Of a DNA stretch of 62,399 nt, positions 1 to 10,031 are shown piece after piece. A program made the translations under genes and the position numbers. Numbering within the stretch: position 1 is the first letter of the stretch; every line of letters begins with the position of its first letter. The stretch spans positions 1 through 62,399 of the forward strand of contig DASSZN010000097.1 in the NCBI GenBank assembly GCA_035702805.1. Reading direction: 5' to 3'. The stretch comes from Thermomicrobiaceae bacterium. GTDB lineage: Bacteria > Chloroflexota > Chloroflexia > Thermomicrobiales > Thermomicrobiaceae. The notes below the pieces were generated by a model that saw only the letters and a program-made list of their open reading frames with translations, was not told where the DNA came from and ran no database searches.

Positions 1-154
1 CGGCCACGCGGCGGGTGCCGGTCCGCGGTGACGGCAGGGCCGTTCGCGCTTCACGATCATGACACGACGTGCGCGCGATCGGTGACGACTCTGGTATCCC
101 TCCCACGCTATGCTGCGTGCAGGCGCAAAAGACGTGGCGGAGGGAGGGCCGGCT

Positions 155-823
155 ATGGTCGTCACGCCTCGGAAGCTGCGCGACGCCGTCGCGCGACACG
201 CCACCCTGCGCAAGGTCCTGCTCGGCTGCGGTGTCGTCGCGCCGGCATGGTGGGCCACCATGGACGTCGTCGCGAGCCTACGGTATCCCGGTTACAGCTA
301 CGTCGATCAGACCATCAGCGAGCTCTCGGCTCAGGGCGCCCCGACGAGGCCCTTTCTGATCGCGACGAGCGGCTTCCCGCACGACCTGCTCGCGGCGGCC
401 TTCGGGCTGGGCGCCTGGGCGTCCGGCAACCCGGGGAGCGCGGCGCGCCGTACCGGCACGCTGTTGATGGTCGGCGCGGCCGTCGATCTTCCCGGAGGGA
501 TCCTCTTCCCGATGCAGACCCGTGGCAACGAAGCCACGCTTCGCAATGCCCTGCACATTCCGTTCGGAGCGCTCGACGTACTCCTCTTCCTTCTGACGAT
601 GGCCTCCGCCTCCGGCCTGCTCGGGAAGCACTTCCGGTCCTATACGTACGCAACCGTCGCCACCCTCCTCGCGTCGGGCACGCTGACGGCTCTCCAGAGT
701 GGCGGGCTTGCCCGCGGCGAGCGGACGCCCCGAATGGGGGTTGAGGAGCGCGTCGGCGTGTACGCCACCATGGCCTGGCTGACGGTCCTGGCGATCGGCC
801 TGCTGCGCGGCGGCCCCGGCTGA
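155..823 (+). CDS. DUF998-family integral membrane protein, copy 1
   Basis: Track ORF 110..823. In-frame ATG at 155 has GGAGGGAGGG 6 nt upstream. Multi-TM hydrophobic profile. Motif YPGYSYVDQTISELSAQGAPTRP is as in DUF998 proteins. High GC3. Confidence 0.6.
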   Translation: MVVTPRKLRDAVARHATLRKVLLGCGVVAPAWWATMDVVASLRYPGYSYVDQTISELSAQGAPTRPFLIATSGFPHDLLAAAFGLGAWASGNPGSAARRTGTLLMVGAAVDLPGGILFPMQTRGNEATLRNALHIPFGALDVLLFLLTMASASGLLGKHFRSYTYATVATLLASGTLTALQSGGLARGERTPRMGVEERVGVYATMAWLTVLAIGLLRGGPG

Positions 824-889
824 GCCCGCAACGCTGACCGCGCAGCCGACCGGCAGCAACGCGTCGCGAGGTTTCGAGGGGGTGCGGCA

Positions 890-1648
890 ATGTCCGGCAC
901 AGTCGGTGCGCCGCGCGGAGCCGGGCGGCTCCGCCGGCTGGTGGACGGGGTTCTCGCCGGCAGCGGCGTCGTCTCGTCCGTGCTCTACATCGCTGCCGAC
1001 ATCGTCGGGTCCCGGCGCTACCCCGGCTACCGCTGGAGCGACCAGGAGTTCAGCGAGCTGACAGCGCAGGGCGCGCCGACGCGGCCACTCATGATCGGAC
1101 TGGTAGAGGTACCGTACAACCTGCTCGTGCTCGCCCTCGCCGCGGGACTCCGGAGCACGAGCGGGCCGAAGCGACGCGCGGCGCGCGTGTCCTCGGCCGC
1201 GCTTGCCGGATACGCGGCTTTCGGCTTCCTCGCGGGCACGGTCACCCCGATGACCACGCGGGAGGCGATGGCTGCTGGACGGGCCACGACGCGCAACGCC
1301 TTCCATGGACCGCTGACACTCGTGAGCGATCTCTTCCTCGCGGGGAGCATGGTCAGCGCGGGTCAGTTGCTCGGCACGCCGTTTCGCCGCTACTCCTACG
1401 CGACGGTTGCCGCGCTCGTCGCCTTCGGCGCCGTCGCCGCTCGCCAGATTCCCCGGATGGCGGCCAATCAGCCGACACCCCGGATGGGGCTCGAGGAGCG
1501 CGTCAACATCTACGCCTCCATGCTCTGGGTGGCGGTGCTTGCCGCGGGTCTGCTGCGCGCCCAACGCCACGACCGTAGCGCGCCACCGCGCGCTCCCGCC
1601 CTGACCGCACCTGAGCAGCCGGCGGCACGCCACGCGTCCGAAGCCTGA
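890..1648 (+). CDS. DUF998-family integral membrane protein, copy 2 (tandem paralogue)
   Basis: ORF 890..1648 with GAGGGGG 7 nt upstream of the ATG. Shares YPGYRWSDQEFSELTAQGAPTRP and C-terminal TPRMGLEERVNIYA motifs with the preceding gene. Confidence 0.6.
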   Translation: MSGTVGAPRGAGRLRRLVDGVLAGSGVVSSVLYIAADIVGSRRYPGYRWSDQEFSELTAQGAPTRPLMIGLVEVPYNLLVLALAAGLRSTSGPKRRAARVSSAALAGYAAFGFLAGTVTPMTTREAMAAGRATTRNAFHGPLTLVSDLFLAGSMVSAGQLLGTPFRRYSYATVAALVAFGAVAARQIPRMAANQPTPRMGLEERVNIYASMLWVAVLAAGLLRAQRHDRSAPPRAPALTAPEQPAARHASEA

Positions 1649-1708
1649 GGAGGTCGGTCGCCGCCGAACACCTCGGAGCGGGCTCGCCCCTCGGCAGCGG
1701 CCCGACCG

Positions 1709-3061
1709 CTAGGCGATCTGCCCGACGGCGGCGCCGTCGAAGTCCTCGGAGATCGCGTTGCGCCGCATGAACGCCAGGTACTCGTCCTTCGTCATCGGCG
1801 GCTTGTCGCGGTCCAGGATCTCCCGGGCCTTCGACGCGCCGTCGCTCAGGAGATCGATGACCGTGAGTGCCATGAGCTTGGCGGGCAGCACGTAGGCCAG
1901 GTACTTGTCGGAGATGGCCCAGTCGCTGCCGTGGCCGGTGCCGGAGAAGCCCGCCACGTGCGGGTGCAGGGCGGGCATGATGTGGGCGATATCGCCCATG
2001 TCGGTCGAGCCGGTCCGGTGCCCGGTCTCCTCCCAGTCCTCGGCGCCGTAGAAGCGCAGGAAGTTCTCCTTGAACGCGTCGGCCATGGCCCGGTTGTTGA
2101 ACAGCGGCATGTAGCCGGGCAGGGTCTCGATCTCCACCCGGGCTCCGAGCGCCACCGCGCCGGCCCGCAGCGCGCGGTCGACCTTCCGCGACGCCCCCTC
2201 GATCGCCTCCGTCGTCTTGCCACGCACGTAGCTCTCGAGGCGCACGTCGTTGGGGATCACGTTCACCAGGTCGCCGCCGCGCGTCAGGATCGGGTGAACG
2301 CGGATCGCGTCCTCGTCACGGAAGGTCTCACGCTGGGCGTTGATCGCGGCCAGCGCGACCTCGGCGGCGTAGAGGGCGTTGATCCCCCGGTCCGGCGCGC
2401 CGCCGGCGTGGGCTGCCTTGCCGACGAAGCGGGCCTGCTTGCCGACGAAGCCGTTGTTCGAAGCGGACACGCTGGCGATCGCCGAGGTGTTCTGGCTGCT
2501 CGCACCGTGCACCATCATGGCCATGTCGACATCGTCGAACTCGCCGCGCGCGATCAGCTCGCTCTTGCCGCCCAGAAATTCGATCCTGCCTTCCTTGCGC
2601 AGGCTGTTGCGGTAGTCGATCTCGACGTACTCCTCGGCCGGTACGGCGAAGAAGGCGATCCGCCCCGCCAGGTCTGGCAGCACGCCCGAGCCGAGCAAGC
2701 CCATCGCCGTGCCCAGCATGGTGGCGATCTGCGCGTTGTGCCCGCAGCAGTGGGCGGCGCCCGTCTCCCGATTGCAGAAGGGGTGGTCGGCGACCAGCAC
2801 GGAGTCGAGCTCGCCCAGCACCGCCACCGTCGGCCCTGGCTGCCCGCCCTCGACCACCGTCTTGACCCCGGTGATGGCCAGGCTGGAGCGCACCTGCAGG
2901 TCCAGGCTTCGCAGCACCTCGGTCACGATCTTCTCGGTGCGGAACTCCTTGAACCCCAGCTCGGGGTCCCGGAAGATGTCCTCTCCGACCTGGACCAGCA
3001 TGTCCGCGCGACGGTCGATCTCAGCGACCACGCGGCGCTTGATCTCCTCGCTCTCCATCAC
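1709..3061 (-). CDS. M20-family amidohydrolase/peptidase (AbgB-like)
   Basis: 450-aa ORF. Metal-site motif HCCGHNAQ, GELD, and M20 dimerisation-domain architecture recognised by eye. Confidence 0.75.
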   Translation of the reverse strand: MMESEEIKRRVVAEIDRRADMLVQVGEDIFRDPELGFKEFRTEKIVTEVLRSLDLQVRSSLAITGVKTVVEGGQPGPTVAVLGELDSVLVADHPFCNRETGAAHCCGHNAQIATMLGTAMGLLGSGVLPDLAGRIAFFAVPAEEYVEIDYRNSLRKEGRIEFLGGKSELIARGEFDDVDMAMMVHGASSQNTSAIASVSASNNGFVGKQARFVGKAAHAGGAPDRGINALYAAEVALAAINAQRETFRDEDAIRVHPILTRGGDLVNVIPNDVRLESYVRGKTTEAIEGASRKVDRALRAGAVALGARVEIETLPGYMPLFNNRAMADAFKENFLRFYGAEDWEETGHRTGSTDMGDIAHIMPALHPHVAGFSGTGHGSDWAISDKYLAYVLPAKLMALTVIDLLSDGASKAREILDRDKPPMTKDEYLAFMRRNAISEDFDGAAVGQIA

Positions 3062-3282
3062 CCCGACCTTTCCAGCTCCGGCGGCGGCACGGCCTCTGGG
3101 CCGCGCCTCGTATCGACGGGCGACATTCTACCCGGGAGATCGCGGGCGTCGATGCCGCGCAGGCCCGGTAGTCAGCGCGTCGGGCGAATCGACGCGCCGC
3201 GCGCCGGTCGGCTGCGGTAGAATCTACGGCGCGCGGCGCGCGGCCGTGTTGCCATTCCGCATTGCGAGAGGATGCCACGCTC

Positions 3283-3675
3283 ATGGACCGGAGCCACCCG
3301 GCTCAGGCGACTCCATCTACGCTGGCCGGCAAGGTCCTGCTCGCCGGCGCCGGCTTCATCGTCACGTCGACGGTCTGGTTCCTCTTGAGCTTCGCCCAGG
3401 CGGTCCACGGCACGTCCATCCTGACGACACTGGACCTCGTGCTCGCCGTGGGGCACCTGGCGCTCGGCGGGGTGATTTTTGCCCGCATCCGCCTGGCCGT
3501 CTACATCGGCGGAGCCGTGGCCGTCGTTGCCCTCGTGCTCGGCGTGGTCAACGCCGTGGCCCTCTCGGCGCTGCCGACGATCATCCTGCCCGCCATCGCC
3601 GACGGCGTCAGCCTGCTGCTGCTGATCGTCAGTCGCGGCGATATGCGCGGCGCGGACCCCAGCCGGATTTCCTGA
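3283..3675 (+). CDS. small 4-TM membrane protein, unknown function
   Basis: Track ORF 3262..3675 starts at TTG. ATG at 3283 has GAGAGGA about 10 nt upstream. Four hydrophobic helices. No recognisable family. Confidence 0.45.
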   Translation: MDRSHPAQATPSTLAGKVLLAGAGFIVTSTVWFLLSFAQAVHGTSILTTLDLVLAVGHLALGGVIFARIRLAVYIGGAVAVVALVLGVVNAVALSALPTIILPAIADGVSLLLLIVSRGDMRGADPSRIS

Positions 3676-3687
3676 CCGGGGTCGGCC

Positions 3688-4602
3688 TCACCGCTGGGCG
3701 GGCGTGCCGTCCAGCCCCGCGCCGACCTCCGCCGACCCGGCGTAGCGGGGCGGCAGGACCAGCACCGGCACCGGGCTCGCTCGCACCACCTCGTCGGTCA
3801 CGCTCCCGAACGCCCAGCGGCGGAACCCGCCGCGACCGTGCGTCGACATCATGACCAGATCGGCGGCCGTCGTCTCGGCGGCGCGGACGATCTCGTCGGC
3901 CGGCCGCCCGACGCGCGCCTCCCAGACCACCCGCACGCCGCGCTCGCGGGCCTGGCGAACCACCTCGTCGAGGTAGAGCCGGGCGTCGTCCCGCAGTTGC
4001 TCAGACAACTCCATCAGCAGCTCATCGTCGGTCGGAATGCCGTCGCCACTCAACCCGTAGGACGACGCCGGGTAGACCTCGGCGACGCGAACCAGGCCGA
4101 GCGTTGCCCCGCAGGCGCGCGCGAGCTCGATCGCCAGCGCCAGCGCTCCCTCCGCCAGCTGGGAGCCGTCGAGCGGCACCAGCAGGTGCTTCAGGCGCGG
4201 AGCCTCCCCACTCGGGAAGTGGCGCACCACCACCACCGGTACCGTGGAGTTGCGCACGACGCGGTCGGTGACGCTGCCGAGGATCAGCCGCTCCATCCCG
4301 CCCCGGCCGCGGGTTGACATGACGATCATGCGGCCGGGACCGTCGCCCGACGTGCGCAGCAGCTCGTCGACCGGGTTGCCCCAGATGAGCCGGATGCGGG
4401 TAGGCACGCGCCTGCCGAGCTGGCGCGCGACCGCGACGAGGTAGCGCTCGGCGGCAACGCCGTCGCCGTCGACGTCCGGTGTGCGATCCAGCACCTGAAC
4501 CAGCTCAACCTCTACGCCGAGCGCCTCAGCCAGCACCAGCGCCGTTCCGAGCGCCTGCTCCGCCATGACCGAGCCGTCGAGCGGCACCAGGATCGTCTGC
4601 AT
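3688..4602 (-). CDS. universal stress protein, tandem UspA domains
   Basis: Track ORF 3688..4680. ATG at 4602 (MQTILVPLDGS) is preceded by GGGGAGA. Two Usp repeats each end in MSTRGRGG / MSTHGRGG...GSVT motifs. Confidence 0.8.
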   Translation of the reverse strand: MQTILVPLDGSVMAEQALGTALVLAEALGVEVELVQVLDRTPDVDGDGVAAERYLVAVARQLGRRVPTRIRLIWGNPVDELLRTSGDGPGRMIVMSTRGRGGMERLILGSVTDRVVRNSTVPVVVVRHFPSGEAPRLKHLLVPLDGSQLAEGALALAIELARACGATLGLVRVAEVYPASSYGLSGDGIPTDDELLMELSEQLRDDARLYLDEVVRQARERGVRVVWEARVGRPADEIVRAAETTAADLVMMSTHGRGGFRRWAFGSVTDEVVRASPVPVLVLPPRYAGSAEVGAGLDGTPAQR

Positions 4603-4824
4603 GCCCGTCTCCCCGAGAGCGGTTGTCATCGATTCAGCCCTCAAACCCACCCCGCCAAAGCCTAGCAGCGCGGTCGTCACAGACCCGCGCGGTCGCCGTC
4701 GCGGCCCGTTACAAACGTGTGTCAGTATTTGCGATTTGGTGGTGGGAACGCGGAAACGCCGCTATGCTTAAGTCGAGGTGCATCAACGACCGTTACAACC
4801 GGCGGTCGCCGACAGGAGAGACGA

Positions 4825-5529
4825 ATGCGCAAGAACCTGATTCTGGTGGCCGACGACGACGCGCCTATCCTCCGCCTGGTCAGGACCAAGCTGCAGGCGG
4901 ACGGCTACAGCGTGGTCACCGCGATGAACGGGCAGGAGGCCATCGACGTCTTCGAGAAGGAGCGCCCCGACATCGTCATCCTCGACCTGATGATGCCCGT
5001 CGTGGACGGCTTCGAGGCCATGCAGCGCATCCGCGGGCTGTCGAACGTGCCGGTCATCATGCTCACCGCCCGCTCCGGCCAGTCCGACAAGATCCGCGGC
5101 CTGGACCTCGGCGCCGACGACTACGTGACCAAGCCCTTCAGCCCCGACGAGCTCTCCGCGCGCGTGTCCGCCGTGCTCCGCCGCGCCAAGGGCGGCGCCG
5201 CGCCGACCAGCCAGATGCTCGAGTACGACCACGTCACCATCGACCTGGCCAACCGTCAGGTGACGGTCGACGGCCGCGAGGTGCGCCTGAGCCGCACCGA
5301 GTGGGAGCTCCTCTACCAGCTGGCCAGCAACGCCGGGCGGGTGATGATGCACAGCGAGCTGCTGTCGCGCATCTGGGGCCCGGAGTTCCGCGACGAGACC
5401 TACTACCTGCGCACCTGGGTCAGCCGCCTGCGCGCCAAGCTCGAGGACGATCGCGACCATCCGGCACTGATCACCACCTTCCCGGGCCTGGGCTATCGCC
5501 TGGAGCCGCCCGGCGAGGAAGCCTCCTAG
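4825..5529 (+). CDS. OmpR/PhoB-family response regulator
   Basis: ATG at 4825 with AGGAGAG upstream. Receiver motifs (LVADDD, DLMMPVVDG, KPF) plus a winged-helix output (LTRTEWELL..., GYRL). Confidence 0.9.
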   Translation: MRKNLILVADDDAPILRLVRTKLQADGYSVVTAMNGQEAIDVFEKERPDIVILDLMMPVVDGFEAMQRIRGLSNVPVIMLTARSGQSDKIRGLDLGADDYVTKPFSPDELSARVSAVLRRAKGGAAPTSQMLEYDHVTIDLANRQVTVDGREVRLSRTEWELLYQLASNAGRVMMHSELLSRIWGPEFRDETYYLRTWVSRLRAKLEDDRDHPALITTFPGLGYRLEPPGEEAS

Positions 5530-7458
5530 ATGCCCCGAGAGATCCTGCAGCCGCTGATCGGCGCGCTGGCGACGACCATCGGTGCGCCGATCACGACGCT
5601 GCTCGAGGCGCCGCCGACCGTCCGCCGGGCGGCGCTGCAGTTTGTCGACGGTGCCGATGACGACGTGGTCGCCTTCGAGACTGACGGCGGACGTTTTCTG
5701 GCCCGCCGCTACCACCGCCACCGCACCGCCGTGCTCGTGCTCGGCCCCTACCGCCGCCCGGATGACTCGCCTGGCGAGTGCGCCACGCTCGACGCGGTCA
5801 TGGAGGAGCGCGCGCGGGCTGCGCTCGGCCCGGCCGCGGCCGGATTCGGCCAGGCGGTCTCCGACCGGGCGGAGCGGCTGGAGCTGAGCAGCCAGCTCGA
5901 GCTGATCAACAGCGCCGCCATCGCCATCACCGGCGAGCTCACGCTGGAGACCGTGCTTCGCCGCATCGTCGACCTGGCGCGCGAGGTCGTGGGCGCCAGG
6001 TACGCCGCGCTCGGCGTCGCCGGCCCCGGGGGCATCCTGTCCAGCTTTCTCACCTCGGGCATGAACCCGGAGGAGGAGGCCGCCATCCCGGAGCCTCCAC
6101 ACGGGAAGGGAGTGATCGGCCTGCTCGTCCAGGAGCGGCGCACGATCCGTCTTCCCGACCTGCGCGAGCACCCCGCGTCGGTCGGCTTCCCGCCCGGCCA
6201 CCCGTCGATGACCAGCTTCCTGGGGGTGCCGATCTTCTCCCACGGCCGCGTGCTGGGGAACCTCTACCTGACCGACAAGCGCTTCGCCCGCGAGTTCACC
6301 GACGAGGACGCTCGCCTGGTCGAGCTGCTGGCCCGCTACGCCGCGGTAGCCATCGAGAACGCCGAGCTCTACCGCCACGCCGAGCAGCAGCAGGTCCGTC
6401 TGCAGGCGATCATCGACCAGCTCCCCGAGGCCGTCATCATCCTGGAGGCCAACCCCGACCGGGTGACCCTCGCCAACACCCAGGCCTCCGGCCTGCTCGG
6501 CTGGGAGGTCCAGCCGCCGATGTCGCTGGAGGAGTTCATCGGGCGCAACCCCCGCTACGGCCTCGACAACGAGCCGATGCCGCGCATGGCAGTCCCGATG
6601 GTCCGCGCCCTCCACGAAGGGAACGTCGGACGAAGCGAGGTGCGCGTGCTGCGGCCGGACGGCCGCATGATCGCGATCCTGGTCAACACCGCGCCGCTGC
6701 GCGACGACCACGGCAACATCTCCGCCGCGATCGCCGTCTTCCAGGACATCACGCAGATCAAGGACGCCGAGCAGCTCAAGGACGACTTCCTCTCGCTCAT
6801 CTCCCACGAGCTGCGCACGCCCCTCACGACCATCCAGGGCGGCGCGATGCTCCTGCTCCAGGACGGTAACCAGATCGACGCCGACACGCGCCAGCTCCTG
6901 CTGGGCGACATGGCCGGCGAGAGCCGCCGTCTGGCCGACCTCGTCGAGAACATGGTGCAGCTGGCCAACATCCGTGCCGGCCGCCTGGGGATGGATACCG
7001 AGCCAATCCACGTCGGCGCGGTCATCGAGCGCGCGGTCAAGGCGATGCGCGAGCTCGCGCCCGACCGGCCCTTCGCCGTCAACGTCGACCGCGACCTCCT
7101 CGCCATCGGTGACGCGGGACGCATCGACCAGGTGGTGCGCAACCTGCTGCAGAACGCCGTGAAGTACGCGCCGCCCGGCTGCCCGATCGAGGTCAACGCC
7201 TCGCGGGAGGACGGCATGGTGGTCGTGGCGGTCCGCGACCACGGACCCGGCATCGCCGACGAGGATCTCCCCTTCGTCTTCGACCGTTTCCGCCGCGGCT
7301 CCCGGGCCGCGCACACCAGCACCGCCGGGATGGGCCTTGGGCTCTACCTCTCCAAGCACCTCGTCGAGGCGCAGGGCGGGCGTATCTGGATCGAGCGCCC
7401 CAACGACGGCGGCACTCGCGTCCTCTTCAGCCTGCCCCGCATCCCTCCCGACGCCTGA
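5530..7458 (+). CDS. cytoplasmic sensor histidine kinase (GAF + PAS + HisKA + HATPase_c)
   Basis: ATG abuts the regulator stop (TAGATG). H-box SHELRTPLT, N-box NLLQNAVKY, G-boxes DHGPGI and GMGLGL. No TM segment seen. GAF-like region includes GVIGLL...LPDL. Confidence 0.85.
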   Translation: MPREILQPLIGALATTIGAPITTLLEAPPTVRRAALQFVDGADDDVVAFETDGGRFLARRYHRHRTAVLVLGPYRRPDDSPGECATLDAVMEERARAALGPAAAGFGQAVSDRAERLELSSQLELINSAAIAITGELTLETVLRRIVDLAREVVGARYAALGVAGPGGILSSFLTSGMNPEEEAAIPEPPHGKGVIGLLVQERRTIRLPDLREHPASVGFPPGHPSMTSFLGVPIFSHGRVLGNLYLTDKRFAREFTDEDARLVELLARYAAVAIENAELYRHAEQQQVRLQAIIDQLPEAVIILEANPDRVTLANTQASGLLGWEVQPPMSLEEFIGRNPRYGLDNEPMPRMAVPMVRALHEGNVGRSEVRVLRPDGRMIAILVNTAPLRDDHGNISAAIAVFQDITQIKDAEQLKDDFLSLISHELRTPLTTIQGGAMLLLQDGNQIDADTRQLLLGDMAGESRRLADLVENMVQLANIRAGRLGMDTEPIHVGAVIERAVKAMRELAPDRPFAVNVDRDLLAIGDAGRIDQVVRNLLQNAVKYAPPGCPIEVNASREDGMVVVAVRDHGPGIADEDLPFVFDRFRRGSRAAHTSTAGMGLGLYLSKHLVEAQGGRIWIERPNDGGTRVLFSLPRIPPDA

Positions 7459-7629
7459 ATCCGTGCCGATCGCGGCCCTGCAAGGCCTCGCGAGTGTCTG
7501 AGCCGGCCCCTCCACATCGACGCGACGTCATCTTCCCGACGACATCTTCCATTCCCCTTCACAGCACCGGTGGCCCGTTCTACAATGCGTCAACCCCGAT
7601 GCGTAGCTGAGCGAAGGGCGTGGTGCGAG

Positions 7630-8154
7630 ATGGGCAGACCGATTGATGACGTCGACCGCGCGATCATCGCGTGCCTGCAGCGGGACAGCCGCACCGCGAG
7701 CGCGGAGATCGCGCGCACGGTGGGAGTGGCCGAGCGCACCGTCCGCGCGCGGATCGACCGCCTCGCCCAGGACGACGTGATCCGTTTGGTCGCCGTCGTC
7801 AACCCGCGCGCGCTCGGCTACTGCGTGACCGCCGACGTCTTCCTGGAGGTCGAGGTCGGCCGCGTCCAGGAGGTCGCCCAGCAGGTCGCCGCCATCGAGG
7901 AGGTGGGTTACGTCGGCCTGACCACCGGGGACCGCGACATCAGCCTCCAGGTCTTCGCCCCGTCGGTCGACGTGCTCTACGACTTCGTAACCGAGAAGCT
8001 CAACCACATCCCGGGCGTGGTACGGGCGCGCACCTTCGTCATCCCCCGCGTGATCAAGAGCATCTACCAGTGGGCACTGCCCAGCGAGCTGCCCGGAGAC
8101 GGTGCCTCGACCGAGCCGGTCGGGCCCGGCGCGGCAGCCCGCCGGCGCAACTAG
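7630..8154 (+). CDS. Lrp/AsnC-family transcriptional regulator
   Basis: ATG at 7630 (MGRPIDDVDRAIIACLQRDSRTASAEIAR). HTH followed by a RAM-like domain. Confidence 0.8.
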   Translation: MGRPIDDVDRAIIACLQRDSRTASAEIARTVGVAERTVRARIDRLAQDDVIRLVAVVNPRALGYCVTADVFLEVEVGRVQEVAQQVAAIEEVGYVGLTTGDRDISLQVFAPSVDVLYDFVTEKLNHIPGVVRARTFVIPRVIKSIYQWALPSELPGDGASTEPVGPGAAARRRN

Positions 8155-8176
8155 GCCCGTTCGTCAGGGGGTTTCC

Positions 8177-9466
8177 ATGGAGCCACGGAGCGACCACCAG
8201 GACGACCTGCTGGCCCGAGCCGAGACGGTTCTCGGCGGTGCCGCCGGCAGCTTCAAGCTCCCCACCCGGCAGGCGATCGTCGTCGGGCGAGCCGAGGGGA
8301 GCCACCTCTGGGACACCGACGGCCGGGAGTTCATCGACTACCTCCTGGGCTCCGGCCCGCTCCTGATCGGCCACGCCCACCCGGAGGTGGTCGCCGCCGT
8401 CCAGCGGCAGGCGGCGCTCGGCTCGACCTACTACACCCTGAACGTCCCGCTCATCGAGCTCGCCGAGCGCATGGTCGCCGCCATCCCCTGCGCCGAGCAG
8501 GTCAAGTTCGTCAGCAGCGGCTCGGAGGCGACCTTCCACGCCCTGCGGATCGCCCGTGCCTACACCGGCCGGTCGCGGGTGCTCAAGTTCGAGGGTGGTT
8601 TTCACGGCGTCAACGACTACGCCCTGATGAGCGCGCTCGCCAGCCGCCAGACCGCCTACCCCACGCCCATCCCCGACTCCGCCGGCATCCCCCACGAGGT
8701 CGAGGCCGACGTGCTCGTCTCGCGCTGGAACGACGTCGCGCTGACCCGCCGCATCGTGGCCGAGCACGCGGGTGAGCTGGCCGCCATCATCTGCGAGCCG
8801 CTCCAGCGCTCGCTCGTGCCGGCGCCCGGCTTCCTGGCCGAGCTGCGCACCCTCGCCGACCGCCACGGCATCCTGCTCGTTTTCGACGAGGTCGTCACCG
8901 GCTTCCGTCTGGCCTATGGCGGAGCGCAGGAGCGCTACGGGGTGGTGCCCGACCTCGCCACCTACGGCAAGGCGATGAGCGGCGGCTACCCGATGGCCGC
9001 CATCGCCGGCCCGCGCGAGATCCTCGGGGTTACCGACCCGGCCCGGCGCGGGCAGGCGCCGGTCGCCCACCTCGGCGGCACGCTCAACGGCAACCCGGTC
9101 GCCGCGGCCGCCGGCCTGGCGACCCTCGAGGTGCTCGCGCGCTCCGGCTCCTACGACCGGCTCTACGGCACGACCGAGCGACTCAAGTCCGGGCTCCAGG
9201 AACTGGCACAGGAGCGCGGCATCGCGATCAAGGTCCCGGGCGACGGGCCCCTCTTCCAGGTCTTCTTCACCGCCGACGAGGTGACCGACTACCCGGGCGT
9301 GCTGGCGACCGACCGCGCGCGGAGCCGGCGCTTCGGCCTCGCCTGCCTGGAGCGCGGTCTCTTCCTCAACCCGGGTGAGAAGTTCTACGTCTCGCTCGCG
9401 CACACGACCGAGGACGTCGAGCGAACGCTGGACGTCTTCGCCGATGCCCTCGACGCCCTCGACTGA
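8177..9466 (+). CDS. class-III PLP aminotransferase (glutamate-1-semialdehyde aminomutase-like)
   Basis: ATG at 8177. Motifs VSSGSEATFHALRIARAYTG, FDEVVTGFR, and GKAMSGGYP with the PLP lysine context. Confidence 0.8.
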   Translation: MEPRSDHQDDLLARAETVLGGAAGSFKLPTRQAIVVGRAEGSHLWDTDGREFIDYLLGSGPLLIGHAHPEVVAAVQRQAALGSTYYTLNVPLIELAERMVAAIPCAEQVKFVSSGSEATFHALRIARAYTGRSRVLKFEGGFHGVNDYALMSALASRQTAYPTPIPDSAGIPHEVEADVLVSRWNDVALTRRIVAEHAGELAAIICEPLQRSLVPAPGFLAELRTLADRHGILLVFDEVVTGFRLAYGGAQERYGVVPDLATYGKAMSGGYPMAAIAGPREILGVTDPARRGQAPVAHLGGTLNGNPVAAAAGLATLEVLARSGSYDRLYGTTERLKSGLQELAQERGIAIKVPGDGPLFQVFFTADEVTDYPGVLATDRARSRRFGLACLERGLFLNPGEKFYVSLAHTTEDVERTLDVFADALDALD

Positions 9467-10031
9467 CGGAGCCGGGGTCGACCGCTGGGTGCGCACCGTC
9501 GAGGACGCCCGCGGCTTCGTCCGCGGCGTCGGGCTCTGCCTGATCTTCAATGAGAACGGGCGCGGCCGCCTGCCGTCCCTCTGGGACGTCGTCGACGCGC
9601 CCGACCGGCGCCCGGGCGAGCGAGGCTTCGGCGAGCGTGTCTCGCTGGTCTGGCGACTCAAGAACGAGCTGCCGATGACCTACCCCGACGAGGTCTTCTA
9701 CGGCAAGCTCCCGAGTGGCCGGGCGATGCTCTGCACGGTCGACCGGCTCGTCGAGCTTTACCGGCGACAGCACGTCCCGGTGGACGCGCTGAGCCGCGAG
9801 GCCCAGCGCCTGCTGCGCGTCATCGCGGCGCGCCCGATCACCAACCGGGAATTGCGCGCCGAGGCCGGCTTCGAGGGCTCGTCGTCCACCGCGCGCTTCA
9901 CCCGCGCCCTCCAGGAACTGCAGGTCGGCCTCCAGATCGCGCGCGTCGACGTGGACCCCGATACCTGGTTCCTCTTCGAGAGCGCCTACCCGCGAGTTGC
10001 TTCTCGCGCTGGCGCGACGTCGCTCGCCTGA
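9444..10031 (+). CDS. hypothetical protein (possible winged-helix C-terminus)
   Basis: Good GC3 ORF. Start is uncertain: ATG 9444 overlaps the aminotransferase, GTG 9489 is the alternative. No family recognised. Confidence 0.4.
   Translation: MPSTPSTDGAGVDRWVRTVEDARGFVRGVGLCLIFNENGRGRLPSLWDVVDAPDRRPGERGFGERVSLVWRLKNELPMTYPDEVFYGKLPSGRAMLCTVDRLVELYRRQHVPVDALSREAQRLLRVIAARPITNRELRAEAGFEGSSSTARFTRALQELQVGLQIARVDVDPDTWFLFESAYPRVASRAGATSLA

Noticed and set aside
4783-7515. A 910-aa antisense ORF. Similar very long ORFs occur at 278..1633, 8054..9661, 16512..17876, 21633..22709, 33317..34855, 36781..38241, 43845..45017, 58164..59870 and elsewhere.
   Set aside because: They are Arg/Ala/Gly/Pro-rich low-complexity translations lying opposite or out of frame to genes with clear family motifs. 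This is the typical stop-codon-poor artefact of very GC-rich DNA, with no SD motifs and no recognisable domains.
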